Shown piece by piece: positions 12,401-25,202 of a stretch of 64,000 nucleotides of DNA; positions within the stretch are counted from its first letter, which is position 1, and each line of letters opens with the position of its first letter. Source of the DNA: Paragordius varius (taxonomy: Eukaryota > Animalia > Nematomorpha); the NCBI GenBank assembly GCA_964247055.1, contig OZ176054.1:5084001-5148000 (forward strand), read 5' to 3'. The position numbers were made by a program, and so were the translations under genes. The notes under the pieces are model-generated. The model had not been told where the DNA came from. It searched no databases and saw nothing but the letters and a program-made list of their open reading frames with translations.

Positions 12401-12962
12401 ACTTCGATTAAATTGGGCTCCCTAAATAGCCCAGACTATTATTAAGTGGATATTAAAAAATACTGAGAGAAACGGTCCCAATTAAAATTTATGCTTCTAT
12501 CCTAAAATATATATATGCCAAAATTCTAAATAAAATTTGGTTGCGAAAAAAAGTTCCATGTAAAACTACTTCGACGCTATTTTCATTTTACAAAATTTTT
12601 GCGAAATATCGTATTCATTATAAATTTAAGTGTATATTAAAGATTTTTTATTTAAATTACATTTAACATGGATAGAAATAGAAAAAGCGATTTATTTTGT
12701 ATTATTTTTAATTTTAACATTGCACATATGTCACGTTGCCTCAATTTTATATGACGGTTTTAGCTTAAAATAAGTAATATCAAGTATTTTTGAATAATTT
12801 TTTTTATATTACCATTTATTAATGTTATATAAGTGGAAATTTTTGCCATGGTTTCAATTCCTTCCATATTTTTTTAAAAATTTAATTTTAAAAAAAGGCC
12901 TGGGGTATTTAATTACCTTAATTTGAATCAAAAGATTAAAATGAATGTGTAGTATCCAAATG
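12401..12962 (-). mobile_element. piggyBac-like MITE, degenerate full-length copy
   Basis: Same internal blocks (GCTTCTATCCTAA, ACTACTTCGACGC, GCCATGGTTTCAATTCC, GGCCTGGGG); TTAA at 12397-400 and 12963-66 with mutated termini. Confidence 0.75.
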
Positions 12963-13043
12963 TTAATAGAGTTATTGGGGTAAAAAATTTATTTTAAATT
13001 ATATGCCTATTTTGTGTAAATTCATAAAATCACTTGTCTAGTT

Positions 13044-13922
13044 ATGAATTTTAATGAAGATTTATATTCAAAGTTTTTTAAAGAAATACCCCGGTCTATT
13101 TTAAAAAAATCTCCAAGTTTAGAATCCAATTTACAAAATCAAAATTTTTTAACATCCAAAAAAGCTCCCAAAGGTATTCTAAAGAAGAAAAATTTATCTG
13201 AAAAAAATTTGAATGAAGGGGATTTATCTAGAGATTCTTCATATTTCTCATCTAGTGATACAGTAAATGGGGTGAAAATTAAAAGTATTCTTAAGCGAAA
13301 ATTAACTCATGAATGGTGTTCGGATGAAAGCGGTCATGCTTCCTTTGATTCGGAAAAGAAGTACGAGTTTGAACCATCGTTTCATGCTCCTTTAAAAAGT
13401 ATTTTAAAAAACAATACTGACTCAAAAAATACTGATATTCAATTAACCGGAATATTAAAGCGGACTAGCATTTACGACGAACCCGACAAATCTATTCTTA
13501 AACATCGTTCCAGTTTAAATTTTTCAAATGATTTAGTCCAATTATCCTTATCGGCCCGACGCGCATCAAACCCCGAACGCAGATCAAAATCATGTTTTGA
13601 TAATGCCCAATTTCTAGATTCATCCACAACAAACATATTAAGTGGTGACACTAATAATGCTCAGGAATCTCGATCAATACAACAACAACCCAAAAGCATT
13701 TTAAAGAAAAACACAACTAGTGTTGAAAGCAGTGCCACAGTCGAAAACTTTAACACAGCTAATCATTATAATGGTAACCATACTAGTAATTATAATAAAG
13801 ACCGTATCTTCCATCATTTTCGCCTAGGGAATCAACAAATTCGTTTTGATTCACCTCCCAGTCATCCGCCGCCCGGTACCGTTAGGGGTATTTTAAAACA
13901 ACAAAATACCACAGATATCTAG
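13044..13922 (+). CDS. 292-aa low-complexity protein with eight [SG]ILK motifs (putative PP1-docking protein); may start at ATG 13003 via a 26-nt intron, or be the terminal exon of a larger gene
   Basis: 879-nt open frame in DNA where stops are otherwise very frequent. Repeated RSILK/KSILK/KGILK/TGILK/RGILK with Ser/Asn-rich spacers. No globular domain recognised. Confidence 0.7.
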   Translation: MNFNEDLYSKFFKEIPRSILKKSPSLESNLQNQNFLTSKKAPKGILKKKNLSEKNLNEGDLSRDSSYFSSSDTVNGVKIKSILKRKLTHEWCSDESGHASFDSEKKYEFEPSFHAPLKSILKNNTDSKNTDIQLTGILKRTSIYDEPDKSILKHRSSLNFSNDLVQLSLSARRASNPERRSKSCFDNAQFLDSSTTNILSGDTNNAQESRSIQQQPKSILKKNTTSVESSATVENFNTANHYNGNHTSNYNKDRIFHHFRLGNQQIRFDSPPSHPPPGTVRGILKQQNTTDI

Positions 13923-16544
13923 GCACAATTTTTGTTTAATTGATTAATTTATGGGACCTTGTATTTGCTTTTCTCTTGTGTCAAGTCCATTGAATATACT
14001 ACTATTATACATTATTCCTAAACCTTTTTTTAATTTATCATCAAAATGTTTTGCAATCTAGTTGATATATAAATATAATTATCATTTATAGATAGATGTA
14101 TATATATATATATATATATTTAATGATTTTTTACAAAAAATACAAATACATCATGTGTACAATTAATGCATTTGTTTCAAAACCGTTTTTATATCTCGTT
14201 AAATTTTTTAATTTTTACATATGATACTGATATGAATAACTCGAATAGCTAAATTTATCAACCTAATTTAGACTTGAAAAAGCGCGTATTTTATATATAT
14301 ATTATACAAACAATACAAGAACATATAATCCCTTTTTAAAAATCTAACTAATATATAATAATATTTTTATATAAATTAATTTAGTATGAATAATTTTATA
14401 GCATGTTTCATTCATTAGAAGTTATACAAGAATTTAGCGGTTTTGACGAAATCTAGTTATATTTTGAAAAAATTCTCTTTCGTGTGTTACTTTTAATATT
14501 ACGGTAATTTTGTTTACTAGTATAGAAATGCGCTCGCTATATGCTTGATTGGTATTGAATATTTATGATATGGATGTGTTATTAGCAAATTTATCTAAAT
14601 CTCAATGAATAGGAAAAATCTGGTTAGTAAAATGTGAATACAGTTTTATACCATATGAGGTAGTTTAAGTGACCCATATAGAGTATAAAATGTATTTCTT
14701 CCCATCAATTATAATATTTATTAAATATTGAAGTTTTGGGATATGTTTCATATCTTATGCATAGTTGACGAGTCCAACCCTTTAGCCTTATATCTGCTTC
14801 CATCATTAATCTTTCATATATCTTAAAAAAGAATGATACATTAATTGAAAATTAAATTACATTTAGTGATTATAAAGGAGAATATCCTAATTTATATCCT
14901 TGAAAACGGTTGATGTCTCAAATAGATATACTTCCCAAAATTCCACATCAAATTTTTCATGCCAAATTATCTAATATTTTATTGGGATTTATTTACTATA
15001 TTGAGATGTACTTAAAAATCGTAAATTAAATTTCAAATGCAAAGTTTTGGTTTCACTTGCATTTAAAAAACGTTCTTAATTGAAATTATTTCGGGTTTTT
15101 CGGTTTAACGGATTAATTCGCCAAAAATTAATTTTACGAATAATTGCTACAATGTAAAATATATAAAGTGCCTCTTTTGCAGAAAAATCTCAAAAATATA
15201 AAATATTATGTATATATAGAAACAGTGAATTTTTGGCCATGGCACAGAATTATTTCAATTTTATCTTAACTGCTAATTTTCAACTCCGCATTTATCATTT
15301 AACATGAGGATATTTAAAAAACGATCAAAATTATCTTATCGTTTCATTATTATCAAAGAAAAAGCTATTAACTGTTGACTAAACTATTTAATCAACGTTT
15401 GCTTCTTGAAAAACCTTTATTTGGGCAATATGACTGTCAATTCAAAATATTGTTTAGATATTTACAAGCGTTTTTTAACGCTTAAAATTAGTTTTTTAAT
15501 TTATGGATCGCTGTTTTTTAAGTTTCAAATAAAAATAACTCAAATTTAACGGGCTTAAAAAGCATTTTTTTAGCGTTTAAAGTTTTTTCTTCCTGTTCCA
15601 GGTTGTTTTTTATAATAATTTATTAATGAGTACATTTATATCATGTATAAGCTGTTAATATACATGTACCTTCATTTTATGTTGCTTTTATTATTGTATT
15701 TAACAGAACACAAGGTGCTTGTAATTAATGTCAACAGTTTGTTTTTGGATGCGATTCAAGTTAAAGCTTATAAATTACATATTATTTTAACGAAAATTGA
15801 AAACTTAAACACAATAAATCAATAATATATTAATAAGTATATACATATAAATATATATATTAAACACTTCGTAATTTTTGTTAAAATGTTAATTAGATCA
15901 TGTGGTTTTAAGAGATTTCAATTGTTCAATATATGTTATATAACACATTTAATTATTACTTGTAGTTTTTTGCAATGGAATTATTTTGATTATAGAAAAC
16001 AATCCAAAGTATAATATTTAAAAAATTCAAAATGTTGCAAAGATTTAATTGAGCGCTCTGATACAAACGCGCCGCCAATGATTCTGATGTCTTACAAATT
16101 TTATTTAAACCTTCATTACGTTTTAAGGTATTATTCTATCGAGCGATCATATTTAAATTTTGATTGAACCAAATATAATGTATGATTATTTGTACTTATA
16201 GACTTATTATTTAAACAAAAAATGTTAAAAAATGAAAATTAAAAAAATAATATTCCTCTTTTTGCCGTGAAATTTTTTTTATTTTTATTGTTGGTATGGA
16301 TTATTTAATATCATATTTAAAAAAAATGAAATAAAAGGTTAAAAATTAGGTTTTAATTTAATCGAATACCTTTTCTATTAAATGTTATTACATTAGGTCT
16401 CTGCGACAAAAATTACCTTAAATTTTGTTCGTAACAGAAATAACCAGCAACACAGTGTTAAATAAAACTTTTTCTACATAAAAACCCAAATAACGGATTC
16501 GATGCATTGGATTTAAGATTAAATACAATAGTCGACAAATTTTG

Positions 16545-16690
16545 ACATTTTTAAGCACCACCACTCAAACTTTTTAAATTATGACTAATTTCAGTGTTTT
16601 AAAACCGAATTTGAAAATTTTTTTGATCCCGCCAATCAGAATTTTGAAATTTTATAGGTTTTTCAATTTTTCAAAAACAAGTGAAAATCG
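16545..16690 (+). repeat. Dispersed repeat; inverted copy at about 56600-56725
   Basis: GCACC..ACTCAAA..ATTTCAGTGTT.TAAAACCGAAT.TGAA..TTTTTGATCCC.CCAATCAG is shared with the reverse complement of 56600-56725. Confidence 0.6.
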
Positions 16691-18604
16691 AGAGAAAATT
16701 AAATATAACTTTATAATAAAATGTTATTATATTATAAACTTAATATCATTTAATAAAGCGCTTTAAACTCTATCTTTTGAATATAAATATGTCATTTAAA
16801 TATCGGAGAGAAAAAAATAGTACGGACTTAAACGTCAAAATTTAGTCTTTTTTTCAAGTGAATTTTTAACACATATAAAATTTTTTTGAAAAAATACTAA
16901 AAAAGGCATTCTATGGTTTAAACCTTAGGCTTTCAGATAGGCTATATTTTTTTTGTTAGATTTCGTTCTTTCGAGTACTTATTAGACTTTTTCTCTTGAG
17001 TTGATTCTTATAAAAAATCCTTTATTTATACCTAGTGGATATACCTTATTTTTTTTAAAATTATTGGTTGTTTTGTATTTTGAATTTCAGAGAAATGTTG
17101 TGTAGCCACTTTTAGTATGGGGTTGGACCATGTATTTACCTAATTTATATTTAATTTAATTGTAGAATTTATCTAACTATATTCTGTAAATTGGTTAATT
17201 TGACATGTCAATTTGCCTGGATTTTGCTTGCAAGTCTTTCTTATCGGTTACGATTACTTATTGTTATCTTTGCCATATCTGGCATAATTGGATTGCTTGG
17301 AGGATATGCAGAGCTTGTGCAGCCGCCCATATCTATCACACTATACATAAGCCCCTTTTAGATTTTTAATACTTTGGCTCTTAGCTTGTTTAGTATCTTA
17401 TTTAATACCTAGAATTTTGTTATCCATGCATGAAATATTAGTTGTATCGACTTGCTTGTTTGAATATTCAAACATATGTACACGAGGAATGATTGTAATT
17501 TTTGAATTCAATACAAATTTTAAAATTAAATTTTGTAAAAATCCTATTGGTGGCTTCAATTTTCTTTTTTGTTTTGGCCTTTCCATGCCATTAGGTATCA
17601 GAAAATGCAAGAATAATGGGGTGGTGCAAAACCTTGTTGAGCAGTGATATTGAAAAAATATTTATTAAGGTCAAAGCTATCCCAATTGAAATAAATTATT
17701 CGAACGATGCTTTTTACATGATTCAGAGTTATGATAAAATTTTATAATATCTACTGCTTTTAACAGCTAAGCATCATTCCAATTTTAGGTATTATATAAA
17801 AATTTATCGTTACTAAACTCAAATCGACGTAAACGGTATTAAAATCGATGCATTAAATATTTTCCTTGACACGACTCATTTTACTCATTTTTATATACGT
17901 CAGATTTAGGTAATGCGTAAAAACGATAAATTTAACTTAATAATTAAAACTGTCCATTTGAATAGCATGAGGATTTAATCATCCTTATAGAAAGGCCCAA
18001 TGATTAAATATTTTCCTAAGTGCATTAGGATGATTTAAAGTTTATTTGTGATATTTTAGTTTCAGCATTTAATAGAAAAGATATATGTTTGACGAATAAA
18101 TTATAGAGGAAAGAATGGTGATTTAACCTGAGTCTACAGAAGGATTAAATTTTATAATTAGAATAGCAAGGTAACAGATAATTATTCAGCAAACGTTCAA
18201 GCAGAAATATTTCCACATCCTGGTTCTTATAACCATTAATGATACATTCTCGAACACCCACTTCATTTTACTTTATTAGACCTACCTCGTTTATTAAAAA
18301 TCAACCTGGTTTTGTACCGAATTCAACCTCATCTTGTGCTGAGGTCCCCAATATATATTTTAATTTTATAAACATATCTGGATGCTGGCTAAGTGAGAGA
18401 CCTTAAAAATGATTTTCACTAGGTGAAGCCCTATTTTATTAAATGTATCCATTAAAATCAACATAATCTTCAAAGACAAGTATGAAAATATATAATCTAA
18501 AAACGTTAGCATTTTATTAAAGCGCTTTTTAATTGCAATCAATTTTGTTGAACCAGATTGTAATTTAGCTGGGATATAAGGTCGTCGTATTGGTTAATTT
18601 AAAA

Positions 18605-20873
18605 CAGTGGTACTCACCAAAAAAATTTGACGGGCCAAATAAAATATATTTATTTTTCGAGGGCCATGAACCTTATAATGGCAAATATCCTATAGCTATT
18701 TGACACATATGCACATATTTATACTTTAAATCAGCACAATGAATTTTTTGCGGATGTAATCCAGCTAAAAACTCGTTTTGCACCATTTAGTTTAAAAAAT
18801 TAAAAAATTTTGATAACAACATTATTTTGATATTAACCAATAATTTTTAATTTCGCCTCAGGCCAATCTTAATACGTAGTCCATATAATCATCGGTTAAG
18901 CGATTTATGTATGTATTCTTGACATACTTCATCTTTGAATATGCTGTCTCAAACGTGTAAGGAGAGGGAAAAACAGTTAGGTTAACTTGAGCACATTTTT
19001 TATATTTTCATATTTATTTGGCACATGCAAAAACTTTACATATATTTCTACTCTACGATTTTCCTAGAATATAGCCTCCAAATTGGAATCATTTTTAAAA
19101 TCTACGTTCAATAATAGCACCTGATCAAAACCGAAATGCCTAAGTTGCTTAATATTGGATATATCCATATGCCAGGGATTTTTAACGAGTTTTAAGCAAT
19201 ATTTAATATTTTATAATTCCTGAAATCTGAATTTCATCTCATTGGATAAAATTAAATAATTGTCTATTATTAAATTAATCTCCATTAGCATATTGGGATA
19301 TTATTTTGTTCCCTTGACTTGTATTAAAAATACTAATTTATAAGTAATGACACAGAGGTAGGTTAATAAAACCCACCATTTGTCACTATTAATTTCCTCG
19401 CCAAACTTTCTGTTATCATTTATAAATATTATGTCTTAAAAAAATCTATTTAATACTTTGCTAAGGTTTAACCATCTTACAGCGATACAAAAAATATCAT
19501 CAAACTCACTGTAGATATCTTTCAGAAGGTTTTTGAATTTACGGCGGTTGAATTCTCTGCCCTTGTGGTTTACCATATCCACAACCGTTTTAACTGAAAT
19601 GAGTATTCATCTTTTACACGCGAAACCAGGTTTTGTTGATGAATAAAGCAGTGAAATGGTCAAATATTTTGCAAATTATATTTGTTTTTAAAAGAGGAAT
19701 AAATCCTTTGTTTCCAATCATAGAGCAGCCATCTGTGCAGATCAAAACCAATTTCTTCATATCTATACCATTATTATCGAAAAAGTGCTAATTATTGGAG
19801 AAAATCACTCTCTTTCGTGGTATTATTTATTTGTAAAAATTTTAAATATTCCCCGTTGATTATGTTGTCGTTGCAAAATCTCACAAGAGCAATTGAGGAG
19901 CTAAACTAATATTAAGCTAGAACCAATAGCAATACTAAAATATTTGCAATTTTTTAGAGCCAATATATTTAAACATATCTTCAATGCGTTTAGCACATGT
20001 TGAATCAAAAAGTTAAAGTTTTTTAATTTGGCTCATGATTGATCTTTACTATGGAATTTATCAAATAAAAAAGTGGAACCATTTATTAGACATTTTTTTA
20101 TTAGTTGCCAATCAGTAAACGGTTTAATATTTTTTCCTAGTATAATTCCAATCTTTTAATATTTTTCGTTTCTTTCCTCATGATTTTTTGGTAATTTGTA
20201 AGAATGATGAATTAAATCTCCCTCAATATTGTATTTTAATTATTTGTCCATACATATAAGGCAGGTGACATTTTTATTTAAAACGACAAAGAATTTTTCT
20301 TCCCATTCTCTTTATAAAAGGAGCGATTTTCGTCGGATAATTTACGTTTTTCAGCATTAGATATCATCCGTTGAATTTATGTTTAAATATTATGTAATTT
20401 TTTTCAAAAAAAAAATAATTTGAATTATGCTATAAAAACTAGGTCGAAATTAAATGATGTTGATTTGAAAAATATTTTATGGGAATGAGTTATAAAAAAT
20501 GATGCAGGATAGCTGAAAAGAATATGTATATACAAGTTTGGATGAAAGGCTTGTTTAAATACAAAAAAGGAATTCAATAATTTCAAAATAAAAAAGAAAA
20601 TAGAATGCTGAAACAAAAACAACGTGTGCCAAAATTTTAAAATCATTTTAATGTAAGGAAATTTTTCTACATTTCAAAATGGGTAAAAATAAAAATTATC
20701 AAAATTAAATCTAAATAAATTAAATTAATATTGAAATAAGCGAAAATCCGATTATGTGTATTTTAAAAATTCATCAATAAAAAAATAATTTAGGTATCAA
20801 TATGGTCATAGGGCAATTTTAAAGGACTCTTAGGGCCGCATGCGGCCCGCGGGCCGCGGTTTGAGTATCACTG
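18605..20873 (-). mobile_element. Decayed Buster/Charlie-type hAT transposon (2269 bp) with transposase remnants
   Basis: TIRs CAGTGGTACTCA / TGAGTATCACTG; perfect 8-bp TSD ATTTAAAA (18597-18604, 20874-20881) with the central TA typical of Buster elements; palindrome GCGGCCCGCGGGCCGC near the right end. Minus-strand fragments KLVLICTDGCSMIG (about 19700-19760), HCFIHQQNL (about 19630-19660) and AVRWLN (about 19465-19485), broken by stops and frameshifts. Confidence 0.88.
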
Positions 20874-20978
20874 ATTTAAAATATCAAAAGTGTAAATCTC
20901 TCAATATATGCAAAACATCTAAATGGAGTCATAATATATTGAATTTCCACAACTAATTAATAGAAATTAAATTATTAA

Positions 20979-21560
20979 CACTTGGATACAACACACTCAT
21001 TTTAGTCCTTCGATTCAAATTGGGGTAGTTGGATACCCCAGGCCTGTTTAAAAACAAATATTTTAAAAAGTGTGGAAGGAATTGAAACCACGGCAAAATT
21101 TTGCACTTATATAACATTAAAACACCGAAATATATAAAAAAATTTATTTAAAAATACTTGATATTAGCTATTTTTAGCTAAAACCGAAAGGTAAAAATTT
21201 CGTCAACGTAACATGTGTCAAATGGTAAAATTAAAAAATAATACAAAATAAACCGCTTTTTCTATTTCTATCAATGTTAAATGTAATTTATATAACATAT
21301 TAGTATTAGTTTTACCCTTAAAATTAAATGAGGACATAATTTTCCAAAAACTTTGTAAAATAAAAATGGCGTCGAAGTAGTTTGAGATGGAACTTTTTAT
21401 ACAAAACAAAATTTTATCAAGTTATTTTGGCATATTTATATAATATTTATCAGGATAGAAGCATAAATTTAAATTGGGACCGTTTCCTTCAGTAGTTTTT
21501 TTAAAATTAAAACTCAAATTTAGTCTGGGGTATTTAGATACCCCAATTTGAATCGAAGTG
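20979..21560 (+). mobile_element. piggyBac-like TTAA MITE, full copy (582 bp)
   Basis: TTAA 20975-78 and 21561-64; CACTTGGATACAAC start, ATCGAAGTG end. Confidence 0.88.
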
Positions 21561-21948
21561 TTAATCTTAAACGATGCAAAATATGCTGCATGTTTTATAT
21601 TTCACAGATAAAATAAATTTTTGATGAAAAGATATTGAAAAAAATGTTTTAGAATTCTCATGGTGCTTTGGGGTTTACGTGTATTTATGAAAGTGTTTTT
21701 ACTTTTAGGAATTTCTGCCGCCTAAAATGGCTAGTTATTCTAAAATGAACGCATGCCGCTTGTGATATTTTTTAATATATTATAATTTCTATCAAAAATA
21801 TATTTTGAGAAGTTCATGGTTTGTTCAACAATTTTTTAGCAAAATTTTGATAAACCGTATTTCAAGATATTTTTAAGGCATTGTGGAAATACTCTTTTTT
21901 TAATTATGATTATGGACAATAAACAATTCTACTGAAAACATTTATTAA

Positions 21949-22486
21949 CACTTGGATACAACACATTCATTTTAGTCCTTCAATTCAGATTGGGGTAGTT
22001 GGATACCCCACCTGTTTAAAATTAAAATCTTTAAAAAATATGAGGGAACCGAAACCATGGCAAAATTTTGCACTTAAAGAACATTTAAAAACCGAAATAT
22101 ATAAAAAAATTTATTCAATACTTGATATTACTTATTTTGAGCTAAAACCGAAAGGTAAAAATTTAGTCAACGTGACATGTGTGAAATAGTAAAATTAGAA
22201 AATAATACAAAATAAACCACTTCTTATATTTCTATTAATGTTATATGTTGTTAAAAAAATTAGCTTATTTTTCAAAAATTTTGTTAAATAAATATGGCGT
22301 CGAAGTAGTTTGACATAAAACTTTTTTCAAAACAAAATTTTATTAATATAATATGGCATATTTATATAATTTTTATTAGGATATACGCCAAAATTTAAAT
22401 TGGAACCATTTCCTTCAGTAAACTTTTACAATTATTAATTTAAATTTTGTCTGGAGTGTTTAGATACCCCATTCTGAATCGAAGTG
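21949..22486 (+). mobile_element. piggyBac-like TTAA MITE, full copy (538 bp), 72 bp upstream of the PRP31 ATG
   Basis: TTAA 21945-48 and 22487-90; same termini and body as 20979-21560. Confidence 0.88.
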
Positions 22487-22558
22487 TTAATTATTATCAA
22501 CCCGATTTTGTACAGTTTAAATATACCAAATGTAAATTTAATTCGGGTCTAACTTCAG

Positions 22559-25142
22559 ATGTCTCTTGCCGATGAGCTCTTAGCCGATCTTGAAGGCGAA
22601 GCAGAGGAAGATTTGTATGATACAATTGTGGAAAAGGAGATCGAAGATATTGATGATGTTGATGATAATGATGTGTCAGATTTAAGGTCAAAAGATTCTG
22701 TCCAAAATTTAGCAAAACTTTGGAACAGTGATCAAGTTAATAATTGTTTTAACATTTATAGCTTAATAATTTAATTAATCAAATTGAAAATAAATGTGCA
22801 CAGCATTCTAATGTTAACGACTTTGAGGGTCAGATAGAAAATCATGATGAATATCAGTTAATTGTTGAAGCCAATAATATGGCAGTTGAGATAGAAAATG
22901 AAATTAGTAACTAATAAAATTAATCAAATAGATGTTATACATAAATATGTTAGGGATATTTATACAAAGCGTTTTCCTGAGTTGGAATCTCTCATCCCGA
23001 CACCCTTGGAATATCTGTTAACTGTTAAGGTAATTATTTTCAAATCATATATATTTAAGGAATTGGGTAATGACATTGAAAAAACGAAAACAAGCACAGA
23101 ACTTCCAAAATTTTTAGCACACGCGACCATTATGGTGTTGAGTGTTACCGCTTCTACTACCCAAGGGTAGGTATCTAAAACTATTTTAAACCTTTTATAT
23201 CACATAAATTAGTCTTATTCTTTTAATAATAAAATTTATATAGAAATCCTCTTGATGACACTGATTTTCAAAAGGTGGAAGAATCTTGTGATATGGTATT
23301 TTTTCCTTTTTTGTTTATTAAAAAAATTGTTATTCTTTCCATCATATTATTAAACATATATAAAGAAAACGAAACTCATATAAAATTTAATATTTTTTTA
23401 TTTTAGGCTATAAAACTGAACGATGCAAAATTAAAGATTTTGCAATATGTGGAATCACGAATGATGTTTATAGCACCAAACCTAACATTCATAGTCGGTT
23501 CTACATGTGCTGCGAAATTAATGGGTATGGAATTTTTGAATATTCTCAAATTATTTAATCCTTAAGATATTAGACCGTGTATGAAAATATAAAAATATGC
23601 GGAAAATTTTTAAATATAATAATTTAAAAAAACTTTGAAATACTTATGTGGCTCAAATCGATATCGCTGTTTTGTATGGGCCGGTTTTAAATAAATTGTG
23701 AAAAAAATTACAATGAAAGTATAAAAACATTTTTTTATAATTGATGATGCTGAACATTTCTAATATATCGTTTTGATTAAGGATTTTCAAAATACTTGAA
23801 AAATAATTTATGTAGGAGGTTAAATCTTAATTGGCAATTTTTTGCATATAAAAAAAACTTTAACCATTTTTAAAAAAAACATCTACAAAAATAAGCTAAT
23901 ATCTCCCGTCCATATACCCACATGAATTAGTCCCCAAATTACAACCATTAATTTAAGCTTCACAAGCTTTTACTTTTATGCAATGTCAAAATTAATTGCA
24001 TTTAACCAAACTTCCCGTTGAAAATTTTATATTTAATATTTCTAGATACCCTTTATGAAAGCTTCTTAAATCATTTTGTCTAATATCAACATTATCGAAT
24101 TACATTAAGATATGGCGGATCACCTCTCTCTTTGAATAATACTTGAATTGGTTTAAAATAGAGTCGCTCTCCGTTTTAAAACTTTTGACAAATTAAAAAT
24201 GTTTATTCTCGAATATATTATATTTTTGGATTGGGATCTCGATTACCAATTTTAACTCCTATTTAAATCGATATTTAACATTATAATCGTATTCAAGGGG
24301 GGAATCCATCGTATTAATAATAATTTTCGAATCTCTTTTTCTTAAATAAAATTATTTCCCAAGATTTATGATTTGTACTACTTGTACGGGTTCTCTTTAA
24401 TGAGGCACATATATCTGCAAGAATTATTTATAGCTTTTTTTATGAATAGGGGCCGCTGGTGGTTTGACCAGACTTTCCAAAATACCTTCAGCCAATTACA
24501 TGGTGATTGGTGCACAAAAGAAGAGTCTTGCTGGATTCTCAAGTGCCACTTTGAATCCACACTTGGGATACATTTATATGAGCCCGATCGTTCAATCGGC
24601 TCCCCCTGTAATATAATTTTTGAATCATTTTTTGTAGGATATTTTTTTAAAAAATATTATTTTATATATAATATAATATGCTTCTGGCTAATCTATTCTA
24701 TTTTAGTTAAAAAATTTCTATTTTTTAGAGCCATGCATTGAAATACATTTTCTAAAATATTTAGTATTTTAATTTTTTAGATATATTATAATAATGATAA
24801 ACCAAAAAATATGTATTATTAGTTCAACAAATCAATATTATTGATGTACTTATTAAACGAATTATTTACAAATAAAAAATAGTATAATATTGATCAAGAA
24901 TTTTTTTGTAGGACATTCGAAAAAAATTATGTCGCTTGGTAGGGAACAAATGTGCATTGGCAGCCCGCATAGACAGTTTTCATCAAAATCGAAACGGTTC
25001 TATTGGGCAAATGTATGTTGAACAAATAAAGAGGTAAAAAATTGTTATGAAAAATTTTTGGTTAAAATATCAAAAAATAAAACTTTTACTCTTGGTGCTT
25101 TTTTATACGATAACTAATGAATGTTAAAATTATTATTTTTTT

Positions 25143-25202
<60 letters not shown>

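Noticed and set aside
17091-17360. Apparent mini-exon, 34-nt GT-AG segment and hydrophobic open frame (..LRLLIVIFAISGIIGLLGGY..)
   Set aside because: The phases do not join into one ORF (the spliced frame stops after NLSNYIL) and I recognise no homology. The minus strand may instead be a Tc1 remnant (TIR-like word at about 17615-17645 resembling 55925-55960). Worth a BLASTX only.
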